In this document: in pieces, positions 7,563 to 15,768 of the stretch
Position numbering within the stretch: the stretch's first letter is position 1
Layout of the letters: each line of letters starts with the position of its first letter
NCBI GenBank assembly: GCA_964546695.1
Contig: CAZJKS010000002.1
Coordinates: forward strand, 5,999-34,861
Direction of reading: 5' to 3'
Source of the DNA: an uncultured Muribaculaceae bacterium
GTDB lineage: Bacteria > Bacillota_I > Bacilli_A > RF39 > UBA660
Length of the DNA: 28,863 bases
Translations under genes and position numbers: made by a program
Notes under the pieces: generated by a model
What the model saw: only the letters and a program-made list of their open reading frames with translations
What the model was told of the DNA's origin: nothing
The model's database searches: none

Positions 7563-9650
7563 ATGAGAATAAAACAAAGAGTAAATAGTAAAAATATTAA
7601 TAAAAAAGAAAGAAAATATACTGTTGATAGATTAACTTATAAAAAAAGATTTTTATTTATTGGTGGTGTAATAATAGTTTTATTTTTAGTTATAACACTT
7701 CGTCTTTATCAAGTAATGTTAAGAGAACAATCTTATTATGAAGAAGAACTTACTACTCTTGCTACGACAATAGTAGAAGGTTCTAGTGCTCCAAGAGGGA
7801 GGATACTTGATAGAAATGGAAAAGTGATTGTTGATAATAAAGCAGTTAAGACTATTTATTATACTAAAGATAGTGATAGAACTACTGAAGAAGAAATAGA
7901 ACTTGCTTATACAGTATCTAGTCATTTATCTTTAGATTATGATAAAGTTACTGATAGGAATAAAAGAGAGTTTTTTGTTGCTAAGTATGAAAGTGATTTA
8001 GATGATAGGATAACTGATGAAGAGTGGGAACAATATAATAAAAGAAAAATTGATAGTGATGATATATATGAACTTAAAATAGAAAGAGTAACGGATGAAG
8101 AGTTAGAGGCTTTTAGTGAAGAAGATAATAAGGCAAGTTACTTATATTATTTAATGAATAAAGGATATTCTTATGATGATAAAATTATTAAAGATGAAGA
8201 TGTTACTGATGAAGAGTATGCTTATATAGCTGAGAATAATGCTGATTTACCTGGTTTTAATACAGAACTTGGTTGGGAAAGGGTATATAATTATGGTGAT
8301 ACTTTTAGAACTATTTTAGGTAATATTGGTAGTATTCCTAGTGAAGAGAAAGAAGAATATTTAGCTAAGGGGTATTCTTTGGATGATATAGTTGGTACTA
8401 GTTATATAGAAGAACAATATGAAGAGTATTTAAAAGGAACTAAGGCAATATATAAGACAGTTAATTCTCATGAATTAGAGCTTGTTAGTGAAGGGCAAAG
8501 AGGTAATGATATTGTACTTACTATAGATATAGAATTACAACAACAATTAGAAGCAATATTAGATGAAGAAGTAATTTCTACAAAAAGTCAAGCTAATACT
8601 GAGTATTATGATAGGAGCTATGCTATTATACAAGATCCTACTACAGGAGAAATATTAGCAATGGCAGGACGGCAAGCTGTTAGTGATGGGAATGGTGGAT
8701 ATAAAACTATAGATTGTACTGCTGGTATTATGACTGATCCTATGACAAGTGGTTCTGTTGTTAAGGGGGCTAGTATGTTGGTTGGATATAATACAGGAGC
8801 GATTAGTATAGGAGAATATCAGTTAGATGAATGTATTAAGATTGCTAGTACACCTTTGAAGTGTTCTTGGAAAACTTTAGGATTGATTAATGATATTGAT
8901 GCTCTAGCTTTATCTAGTAATGTTTATCAGTTTAAAACAGCGATTAAAGTAGCAGGGGCAACTTATCAATATAATCAACCTTTAGTAATAAATGATGAAG
9001 CTTTTGATATTTATAGAAATACCTTTAAAGAGTTTGGGTTAGGGGTTAAAACGCAAATAGATTTACCGGTTGAGTCTTTAGGATATACTAGTGATAATAA
9101 GACGCCTGGTCTTTTACTTGACTTTGTTATGGGACAGTATGATACTTATACCCCGATTCAACTATCGCAATATATCTCGACGCTTGCTAATGGTGGTAGT
9201 AGATTACAACCTCATTTATTAAAAGAAGTTCATGCTGCTACAGATGATGAGAGTTTAGGGGAGACGATATATACATTTGAAACTAACGTTTTAAATACAG
9301 TTACAACACAAGAAGAATATCTAAATAGAGTAAAAGAAGGTTTTTATGCGGTTATGAATTATAGTTATGGCTTAGGTGTAGGTTATATAGATGATTCTTA
9401 TGATCCTGCTGGTAAGACTGGTACTAGTCAAAGTGCAACTGATACAGATGGAGATGGTATTAATGATACAGATACAGTATCTACAGCTTTCGTTGGTTAT
9501 GCACCAGCTAGTAATCCTACTATGTCTATAACGGTTACTAGTCCTAATTCTACTTGGGAAAATTCTAGTAATAGTTATTCAACATTAGTAACAAAAAGAA
9601 TTTCATCAAGAGCAAGTGCTGCTTATTTTGCCTTATATCCAATAGAATAG
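7563..9650 (+). CDS. pbpA: Class B penicillin-binding protein (PbpA/PBP2a-like transpeptidase)
   Basis: N-terminal TM, APRGRILDRNG dimerisation motif, SxxK (GSVVK), SxN (SSNVY), KTG (GKTGT); GGAGG SD before ATG 7563. Confidence 0.85.
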   Translation: MRIKQRVNSKNINKKERKYTVDRLTYKKRFLFIGGVIIVLFLVITLRLYQVMLREQSYYEEELTTLATTIVEGSSAPRGRILDRNGKVIVDNKAVKTIYYTKDSDRTTEEEIELAYTVSSHLSLDYDKVTDRNKREFFVAKYESDLDDRITDEEWEQYNKRKIDSDDIYELKIERVTDEELEAFSEEDNKASYLYYLMNKGYSYDDKIIKDEDVTDEEYAYIAENNADLPGFNTELGWERVYNYGDTFRTILGNIGSIPSEEKEEYLAKGYSLDDIVGTSYIEEQYEEYLKGTKAIYKTVNSHELELVSEGQRGNDIVLTIDIELQQQLEAILDEEVISTKSQANTEYYDRSYAIIQDPTTGEILAMAGRQAVSDGNGGYKTIDCTAGIMTDPMTSGSVVKGASMLVGYNTGAISIGEYQLDECIKIASTPLKCSWKTLGLINDIDALALSSNVYQFKTAIKVAGATYQYNQPLVINDEAFDIYRNTFKEFGLGVKTQIDLPVESLGYTSDNKTPGLLLDFVMGQYDTYTPIQLSQYISTLANGGSRLQPHLLKEVHAATDDESLGETIYTFETNVLNTVTTQEEYLNRVKEGFYAVMNYSYGLGVGYIDDSYDPAGKTGTSQSATDTDGDGINDTDTVSTAFVGYAPASNPTMSITVTSPNSTWENSSNSYSTLVTKRISSRASAAYFALYPIE

Positions 9651-9657
9651 AATATGA

Positions 9658-9686
9658 GAATAAAACCATTTTCTCGATAATAAAAT
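9658..9686 (+). promoter_or_regulatory. Candidate sigma-E (mother-cell sporulation) promoter
   Basis: GAATAAA, 14 nt, AATAAAAT versus the B. subtilis sigma-E consensus ZHATAXX-N14-CATACAHT. Confidence 0.4.
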
Positions 9687-9696
9687 TAAAAGAGAG

Positions 9697-10566
9697 GTGG
9701 TTCATATTAAAAAGATTATGGAGGTACTTATAGCAGTAATTCTTGTTCTTTTTTCTTTTTATTATACTGAAAAAGTTATTATTATATTAGAGTCTAATGA
9801 TCCTATTATGAAGGAAATTAAAGAAAAAGGGAGCGAAAAGGAAGAAGATGCTATTGATGCTACGATTAGTGGGGACTATTTAATACCAGGATATAGTGGA
9901 CTTGTAATCAATTTAGAAGAAAGTTTTCTTAAAATGAAAAAGTATGGTAGTTATAATGAGACGTTATTAGTCTTTGATGAAGTTGAACCTAATATATCTA
10001 TTGATGATTATTATGATAAGTATATAAGTAGTGGTAATGGAATAAGTACAAGTATTGCTTTAGTTTTTACTGTTGATACTAGTAGTTATGTAAATAATCT
10101 TTTAAATATATTAAAAGAATTAGAAGTAGTAGGAACATTTTTTATAGATGGTAAGTTTATTGATAGTAATACTTCTTTTGTAACAGAGGCAGTTATTAAT
10201 TCTAATGAAGTAGAAGTACTTAGTTATGATAATACCTATGATGAATTATTATTTAAAGCATCTATTGATAAAATAAAAATGCTTACTAGTACTACACCAA
10301 AATATTGTTATGCTACTTATGATAATGAGGAAGTATTAAATTTATGTAGTAAGTTGTCTATGCATACTATTATTCCTACATTAAGATTAGATAGTAATAT
10401 TTATAGTAATCTTAAGGGGAACTTAAGAAGTGGTAGTATAATAAGTGTTAAATTAACTGAATCTAATGTATTGGAATTAAAAGTATTAGTTAATTATATA
10501 AAACAAAGAGGTTTTACGTTAGTAACACTTGATACTCTTTTAAATGAAGGAAGAAGTGAGAAATAG
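9697..10566 (+). CDS. YlxY/SwsB-like polysaccharide-deacetylase-fold protein with degenerate active site
   Basis: N-terminal anchor, then DPIMKEI...IDA...LIPGYSGLVINLEESFLKMKKYGSYNETLLVF matching the YlxY N-region; NodB-like C-terminus (GSIISV, KQRGFTLVTLDTLLNE); start codon uncertain. Confidence 0.75.
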   Translation: MVHIKKIMEVLIAVILVLFSFYYTEKVIIILESNDPIMKEIKEKGSEKEEDAIDATISGDYLIPGYSGLVINLEESFLKMKKYGSYNETLLVFDEVEPNISIDDYYDKYISSGNGISTSIALVFTVDTSSYVNNLLNILKELEVVGTFFIDGKFIDSNTSFVTEAVINSNEVEVLSYDNTYDELLFKASIDKIKMLTSTTPKYCYATYDNEEVLNLCSKLSMHTIIPTLRLDSNIYSNLKGNLRSGSIISVKLTESNVLELKVLVNYIKQRGFTLVTLDTLLNEGRSEK

Positions 10567-10600
10567 GACGGTATTAGGGTATCGTCCTTATATTTTTATA
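10565..10600 (+). terminator. Intrinsic terminator-like hairpin
   Basis: AGGACGGTA-ttaggg-TATCGTCCT followed by a T-rich tract. Confidence 0.65.
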
Positions 10601-10675
10601 GGAATAGTGTAGACTTTTTAATCATTATATGATGATACTTATTTGATATTGTTAAAGGGTTTTATATTTTGTCCA

Positions 10676-10704
10676 TTGAAAAAATAATCTGATTATGCTA
10701 TTTT
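10676..10704 (+). promoter_or_regulatory. Putative sigma-A promoter of the ABC island
   Basis: TTGAAA (10676-10681), 17 nt, TG-C-TATTTT (10699-10704). Confidence 0.45.
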
Positions 10705-10729
10705 AGATGTAGTAAGATAGTATTGGTGA

Positions 10730-10938
10730 GAGGCTATAGTTGTTATAATAGGAGTAACTAGTGTTGTAGTGCCTAAGGTATATTTTAGTTTGTAGTTTTT
10801 TTAGAGTCTTTATTATGATTCAACTGCATATAAAGAGACTAGAATTAAGCAGATGTAGAACATGGTATAAAGATTAGAACTGGTACAAGTTTAGTTACTG
10901 GTTCAAGTTTTTATGGTGATTGGTATTTTGCTTATTAA
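10730..10938 (+). pseudogene. Decayed small secreted-protein gene upstream of the ABC exporter
   Basis: Fragments EAIVVIIGVTSVVVPKVY (signal-like), SLYYDSTAYKETRIK, then frameshifted ADVEHGIKIRTGTSLVTGSSFYGDWYFAY* with host-like codon usage. Confidence 0.5.
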
Positions 10939-10994
10939 ATAAATATAAATCCAGTACTTCCTACTATTATTTATGTAATGAATGGAGGGCATAT

Positions 10995-11909
10995 ATGATA
11001 AAGAAATATATATGGTCTATTTTAGTAGTATTAATATTAATTGGATGGTTTGGGGTAGCTGAATATAGGGATATTAATAATAGAGAAAACTTATATGAAA
11101 TAGAACTTGAATATTATAATAAACAATGTAATGAAAATAGTGATAAGTGTGAAGAACTTATAAAACCGGCTCATTATAAGATGGATGCAATTGGACAAGC
11201 TTTATATACAATTAAAACTTCTAATTTTAATTATATGATTTTATTTTTTATACTATTTATTGCTATTCCAGGTGTATATCAATTTTATAAAGAATTTAGG
11301 AGTGGTTATGTAAAGAACGTATTAATTAGAGAGTCATACAGTAAATATATGAAAAACGTTGTTTTAGATTCATTGAAGAAAACTATTTTTATTCTTCCTT
11401 TGACTTTATTAGGATGTTTTATAATTTCTTATATTTTATGTGATGGAATTGTTGATATTAATTATACTTTTAGTCATGCTATGAAAGGAATATCATTACC
11501 ATCAGAAATATATTTGGAATCATTACCTTTATTTTTAGGGACATATATTTTGAACTTGGTTTTGTTAACTATAATTTGTGTTAATATTAGCCTTATTTGT
11601 GTAAAAAAGTCTAAAAATTTTATTTTAGTTATAATAATGAGTCTTTTAGTATATTTTTTATCAAACATAGTATTAAGTGTCGGTTTAGGTAATATAATAT
11701 TTGAAATGATCTTTCGTATTGATGGTGCTGTGTATTATACAAGTTTTTATAACTTGATTTCTTATGAAGCTCCTCTTAACAATGCAACAATTTATGGTCT
11801 TTTATATATGATTATATTTATGATTGCCTCTACAGTAATATCATATATCTGTTTGTATTGGTGTTATTCTAGTAAAGAAAAGGTGTTGATGGAAGTTGAA
11901 AAAGGATAA
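10995..11909 (+). CDS. ABC-2-type exporter membrane subunit
   Basis: GGAGG SD before ATG 10995 (ORF track starts at 10920); about 6 TM segments; EFRSGYVKNVLIRESYSKY resembles the ABC-2 permease coupling motif; sits upstream of an ABC ATPase. Confidence 0.7.
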   Translation: MIKKYIWSILVVLILIGWFGVAEYRDINNRENLYEIELEYYNKQCNENSDKCEELIKPAHYKMDAIGQALYTIKTSNFNYMILFFILFIAIPGVYQFYKEFRSGYVKNVLIRESYSKYMKNVVLDSLKKTIFILPLTLLGCFIISYILCDGIVDINYTFSHAMKGISLPSEIYLESLPLFLGTYILNLVLLTIICVNISLICVKKSKNFILVIIMSLLVYFLSNIVLSVGLGNIIFEMIFRIDGAVYYTSFYNLISYEAPLNNATIYGLLYMIIFMIASTVISYICLYWCYSSKEKVLMEVEKG

Positions 11910-13323
11910 GATAATAACAAAATATTTATTAAAGCAACAAAAGATTAAATTTATGTATATACTAGTAATTATTTATTCTATATATTCAGCATTAGTTTAT
12001 GGTGGAGTTTCAACTAATACAACAGATGCCATACTTTTTTGTTTTACTAATGTTTGGTCTAATATATTTTTACTATTATTATTGGCATTAGTTGGAATTC
12101 AAATTACAAAAGTTTTAAATGAAATGTCTGTTTTTAAAATAAGAAATAAAAATAAGATGGAAGAGATAACTTCTATTAATAAACAGGTAGTGCTTATTAC
12201 CTTATTAATAATATTATCCTTTAGTATAATGCAAATTTTTATAATAATAATTACGCATGGCTTTAATAACGTCAATTCCTATATAATTGCTTACAATATG
12301 CCATATATATATTTAATAATATTTATAGTAAGATATATAATAATTATGACTTTATATTCTATGTTAATTGCTAGTTTATCATATATAATTCCTAATATTG
12401 TTATGATTGTAATAATTACATTAAATGCTTTTTTATTATATATATACCCCTATAATTTTAATATAATAGTAAATGGGTTAAGTAATATTAAATTATATAT
12501 AGGATATTATTTTTCTATTTTACCTTATAGTAGTATTAGTACGGAATTGTTTTGTTCTTCATTTTATATAATAATTTTAATAATATTATATATGATATTA
12601 TTAAAACTCATATTTACTAGAAATAAATTTAAATATTATATAAATATAATAAAAATAATTTTAAAAAGCGATATTAGCTCGTTAAAATGTAATTTAAAAA
12701 AAGTCTTGTTATGGACATTTATCATTATATTTTGTTTCTATATATTTAAAATATTAACTAATAGCTTATATAGTGAAAGTTCAATATATAAACTATTAGG
12801 ACTAAATTTAACTAAAGATACTGATATAATTTCTATTTTTTTACTTCTTGTATATATATTTTTATTTCTTTATATGGGATTTTATTTGTTTGTAAAAGAT
12901 ATTTTATATCAACTATGTAATTATTTTTTAAGAATAAAATTAAATACTTGGTATTACTATAAAGTTTTTTCAATTACTTTTATTAGTTGTATATTTAAAG
13001 CAATTTTTTATATAATTGTATATATAATTTCAATATTATGTTCTATAAAGGTTCATAATCTATTAAATTTTTATTTGTATGATTGTATAATAACAACATT
13101 TTTACAACAATTTTTAATTTTACTATATATGTGTAATCAAAAAGAAAAAATATTATTAGTTGTATTATTAATAAGTGGACTCTCATTTACGGGTTTATCA
13201 ATTATAGATGTCAATAATAAAATAGTTGTCTATATTATATTTTTGTTATTAACACTTTATTTTATAAGAAAAAAATGTATAAAGAGTAAAGAAATATTAT
13301 TTGAAAGGAAAGTTAAAATATGA
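11896..13323 (+). CDS. Polytopic membrane protein, probably two fused permease-like halves
   Basis: About 12 hydrophobic segments in two blocks separated by a basic linker; overlaps both neighbours. Confidence 0.65.
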   Translation: MKKDKIITKYLLKQQKIKFMYILVIIYSIYSALVYGGVSTNTTDAILFCFTNVWSNIFLLLLLALVGIQITKVLNEMSVFKIRNKNKMEEITSINKQVVLITLLIILSFSIMQIFIIIITHGFNNVNSYIIAYNMPYIYLIIFIVRYIIIMTLYSMLIASLSYIIPNIVMIVIITLNAFLLYIYPYNFNIIVNGLSNIKLYIGYYFSILPYSSISTELFCSSFYIIILIILYMILLKLIFTRNKFKYYINIIKIILKSDISSLKCNLKKVLLWTFIIIFCFYIFKILTNSLYSESSIYKLLGLNLTKDTDIISIFLLLVYIFLFLYMGFYLFVKDILYQLCNYFLRIKLNTWYYYKVFSITFISCIFKAIFYIIVYIISILCSIKVHNLLNFYLYDCIITTFLQQFLILLYMCNQKEKILLVVLLISGLSFTGLSIIDVNNKIVVYIIFLLLTLYFIRKKCIKSKEILFERKVKI

Positions 13324-13976
13324 AAAGAGATAATAAAAGAGTAGTTGTAGAAGTAATAGATGTATCAAAAAAATTTAGGGAAGTTACTGTTTTAGAACAT
13401 ATAAACTTAAAATTAGAATCTGGTAATATATATGGTTTTATTGGACCAAATGGAAGTGGGAAAACAGTACTATTAAAAATGATTTGTGGTTTTTATGCTC
13501 CTTCGTCTGGGAAAATTTTAATTAATTCTAAAAATATTATTGAAGAAAAAACTTATCCAGATAATACGGGTGCTTTAATAGAAAAGCCAACTTTTATTCC
13601 TGATTTAACAGGAAAAGAAAATTTAATGTTATTAGCAAAGATACAAAATAAAATAACAGAGAAGGATATTGATAAAATTGTAGAAATAGTAGGGCTAAAT
13701 AAATATATAAATAATAAATATAATACTTATTCTCTTGGTACTAAACAGAAATTAGGTATAGCTCAAGCTATAATGGAAAATCCTGATTTAATAATTTTAG
13801 ATGAACCGTTCAATGGACTTGATGATATAAGTGCTAAAAATATAAGAAATTATTTATTAGAAAAGAAAAAGGAAGATAAGTTAATTATAATATCAACACA
13901 TATAAAGGATGATATAGCTCTATTGTCTGATAAAACATATTTATTTGAAAATGAGAATGTTATTTTTCAAAAATAA
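13320..13976 (+). CDS. ABC transporter ATP-binding protein (BcrA/CcmA-like exporter type)
   Basis: Walker A GPNGSGKT, signature variant YSLGTKQKL, Walker B/D-loop IILDEPFNGLD, H-loop ISTH. Confidence 0.93.
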   Translation: MKRDNKRVVVEVIDVSKKFREVTVLEHINLKLESGNIYGFIGPNGSGKTVLLKMICGFYAPSSGKILINSKNIIEEKTYPDNTGALIEKPTFIPDLTGKENLMLLAKIQNKITEKDIDKIVEIVGLNKYINNKYNTYSLGTKQKLGIAQAIMENPDLIILDEPFNGLDDISAKNIRNYLLEKKKEDKLIIISTHIKDDIALLSDKTYLFENENVIFQK

Positions 13977-14016
13977 TGTTTTATGTCGGAAAAGTACGTT
14001 TAAAAATAGAAAAATA

Positions 14017-14058
14017 AAAGGGACTGTTGAGTAATTGATTTTTCAGCAGTTCCTTTCT
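14017..14058 (+). terminator. Intrinsic terminator-like hairpin after the ABC operon
   Basis: AAAGGGACTGTTGA / TCAGCAGTTCCTTT, 14 bp with two G-U pairs, 12-nt loop. Confidence 0.65.
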
Positions 14059-14121
14059 ATTTGTATAATAAGTACCTAAAATATTAAAATTATTTTATTC
14101 TAATTTTAATATTTGTTTTTG

Positions 14122-14150
14122 TTGACTATTTGCCTTTGGAATGTTAGAGT
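14122..14150 (+). promoter_or_regulatory. Putative sigma-A promoter
   Basis: TTGACT, 17 nt, TG-T-TAGAGT. Confidence 0.55.
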
Positions 14151-14170
14151 AATAAGTCGAGGTGAATGGA

Positions 14171-15505
14171 ATGAAAAAAGTATTGGTGTTTTTGATAGTT
14201 TTATTTGCTAGTATAATGATAGTACCAAATGCTTATGCAGCAGAGGGTGCAGTTGCTAGTTTAGATGGTGTTGAGTATACTAGTTTACAAGATGCTATTG
14301 AAAATGCAAATGGAAAAACTGTAACATTACTTTCTGATGTTACTGAGAGTATAACTATTTTTGAAGGTATAACAGTTACTTTGGATTTGGGTAGTTATAC
14401 AATTACGAATGAAGAAGGGTATGATACGATTACTAATTATGGTAATCTTACGATTGTTGGAAGTGGGACTGTTGATAATGTTTCTCATGGAAAAGCAGCT
14501 TTAAAAAATGAAGAAAAAGGTGTAGTTGTCTTAGAGTCAGGTACTTATATAAGAAGTAAGGAGACTGGTGTTAGTGCTGATGTGTCTGGTGGTAATTCAT
14601 TTTATACTATTCAAAACTATGGATATATGACAATTAAAGATGGTGTTCAAGTTTTAAATAATGGTAGTTTTTCAAGCTTACTAGAAAATGGTTTTTATAA
14701 TGGTAGTGAAAAGCAGTATGATGGTACTCCAACTTTAATTATTGAAGGAGGATACTTTAGTGGTGGTTTAAACACAATTAAAAATGATGACTGGGGTGTT
14801 TTAGTAATTAATGGAGGAACATTTACTAATGTTGCTCAAGCAGCAGTTCTTAATTGGAACAAAGCTACTATTAATGGTGGTACTTTTGAGTCTTCAAACT
14901 ATGTTATTTTAAATGGCAAATTAGATGATGTTATGGATACTGGAGAGTTAATAATTACTGGTGGTACATTTATTGCAGGAAGTGGTGATATTATTGGTTC
15001 CATGCGAGGCAATGATGATGATTTAGTTAATGTATTTGTTCAAGGTGGTATTTTTAATAAAGAAGTTAGTGCTAATCTATTAGATATTAACGATGATGAG
15101 GCTTTATTACTAAATGCTAATGGATATTATGAAATTGCTAAAAAACAGGCTGATTATAGTCAAGTTTATGAATTAATAGAAGAAGCTGATAATATTGATA
15201 AGTCATTATATACTGATGAGAGTGTAGAGGTATTAGAAGATGCTATTGCTAGTGTTGATTATAGTAAGAATGGCTTAGAACAGAGTGATGTTGATGCTAT
15301 GGCTTTAAATATTAAATTAGCAATAGATAGTTTAGTTAAAAAAGTAGAGGTAGTAGACCTAACAACTTCTCTAGAGGCTACTGTAGAGACTAATCCTGAG
15401 ACAAGTGATCCTATTTTACTTATAGTACTTGTTTTATTAGTAAGTAGTGTTGGTATTGTATTTACTGGTAGAGAATTATGTAATTTTCTATCTAAAAATA
15501 TTTGA
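14171..15505 (+). CDS. Surface protein: signal peptide, GGTF-repeat beta-helix-like region, FIVAR-like helical domain, sortase-like NPETSD motif plus TM
   Basis: MKKVLVFL...AYA signal; repeated IxGGxF motifs; ADYSQVYELIEEA...YTDESVEVLEDAIAS...QSDVDAMA FIVAR pattern; NPETSD then a hydrophobic helix; GAGGTG SD favours ATG 14171. Confidence 0.75.
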   Translation: MKKVLVFLIVLFASIMIVPNAYAAEGAVASLDGVEYTSLQDAIENANGKTVTLLSDVTESITIFEGITVTLDLGSYTITNEEGYDTITNYGNLTIVGSGTVDNVSHGKAALKNEEKGVVVLESGTYIRSKETGVSADVSGGNSFYTIQNYGYMTIKDGVQVLNNGSFSSLLENGFYNGSEKQYDGTPTLIIEGGYFSGGLNTIKNDDWGVLVINGGTFTNVAQAAVLNWNKATINGGTFESSNYVILNGKLDDVMDTGELIITGGTFIAGSGDIIGSMRGNDDDLVNVFVQGGIFNKEVSANLLDINDDEALLLNANGYYEIAKKQADYSQVYELIEEADNIDKSLYTDESVEVLEDAIASVDYSKNGLEQSDVDAMALNIKLAIDSLVKKVEVVDLTTSLEATVETNPETSDPILLIVLVLLVSSVGIVFTGRELCNFLSKNI

Positions 15506-15529
15506 CAACTTAATAATTTGTAGTAAAAT
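15502..15529 (+). promoter_or_regulatory. Sigma-A promoter of the T-box/orphan/thrS transcript
   Basis: TTGACA (15502-15507, containing the upstream TGA stop), 16 nt, TAAAAT (15524-15529). Confidence 0.65.
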
Positions 15530-15544
15530 AATATTTATAAATAC

Positions 15545-15745
15545 GTTATTAGTTAGGGACTTGATGAGAGAATACTTTTAATCTTAGAGACTTAACGGTT
15601 GGTGAAAGTTAAGAAAAGCTCTTTTGTTACTACCTTAATGAGTAGAGTTATGCAAAGTAATTCCGGTTAAAGCCGTTATTTTAATTAAGTTAAAAAAGGA
15701 TGGTATCGTGTAGTGTATGGCACTCCTATATATCATCCTTTTTAT
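15545..15745 (+). ncRNA. T-box riboswitch (Thr, specifier ACU)
   Basis: Stem I with AGAGA bulge and GGTTGGTGAAA loop (CTTAAC/GTTAAG, CTTTT/AAAAG, GAGAG/CTCTT helices); ACT-A at 15629-15632; AGTA stem II; CCGTTA box; antiterminator AGGA-TGGTATC-GTG...CAC-TCCT. Confidence 0.92.
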
Positions 15746-15768
15746 TATATAAAGATAGGAGAAAATAT

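Noticed and set aside
10920-10994. N-terminal extension of the first permease
   Set aside because: Overlaps the end of the decayed peptide gene; the GGAGG SD points to ATG 10995
7719-11668. Antisense ORFs 7719-7925 and 11474-11668
   Set aside because: Shadows of the PBP and permease genes
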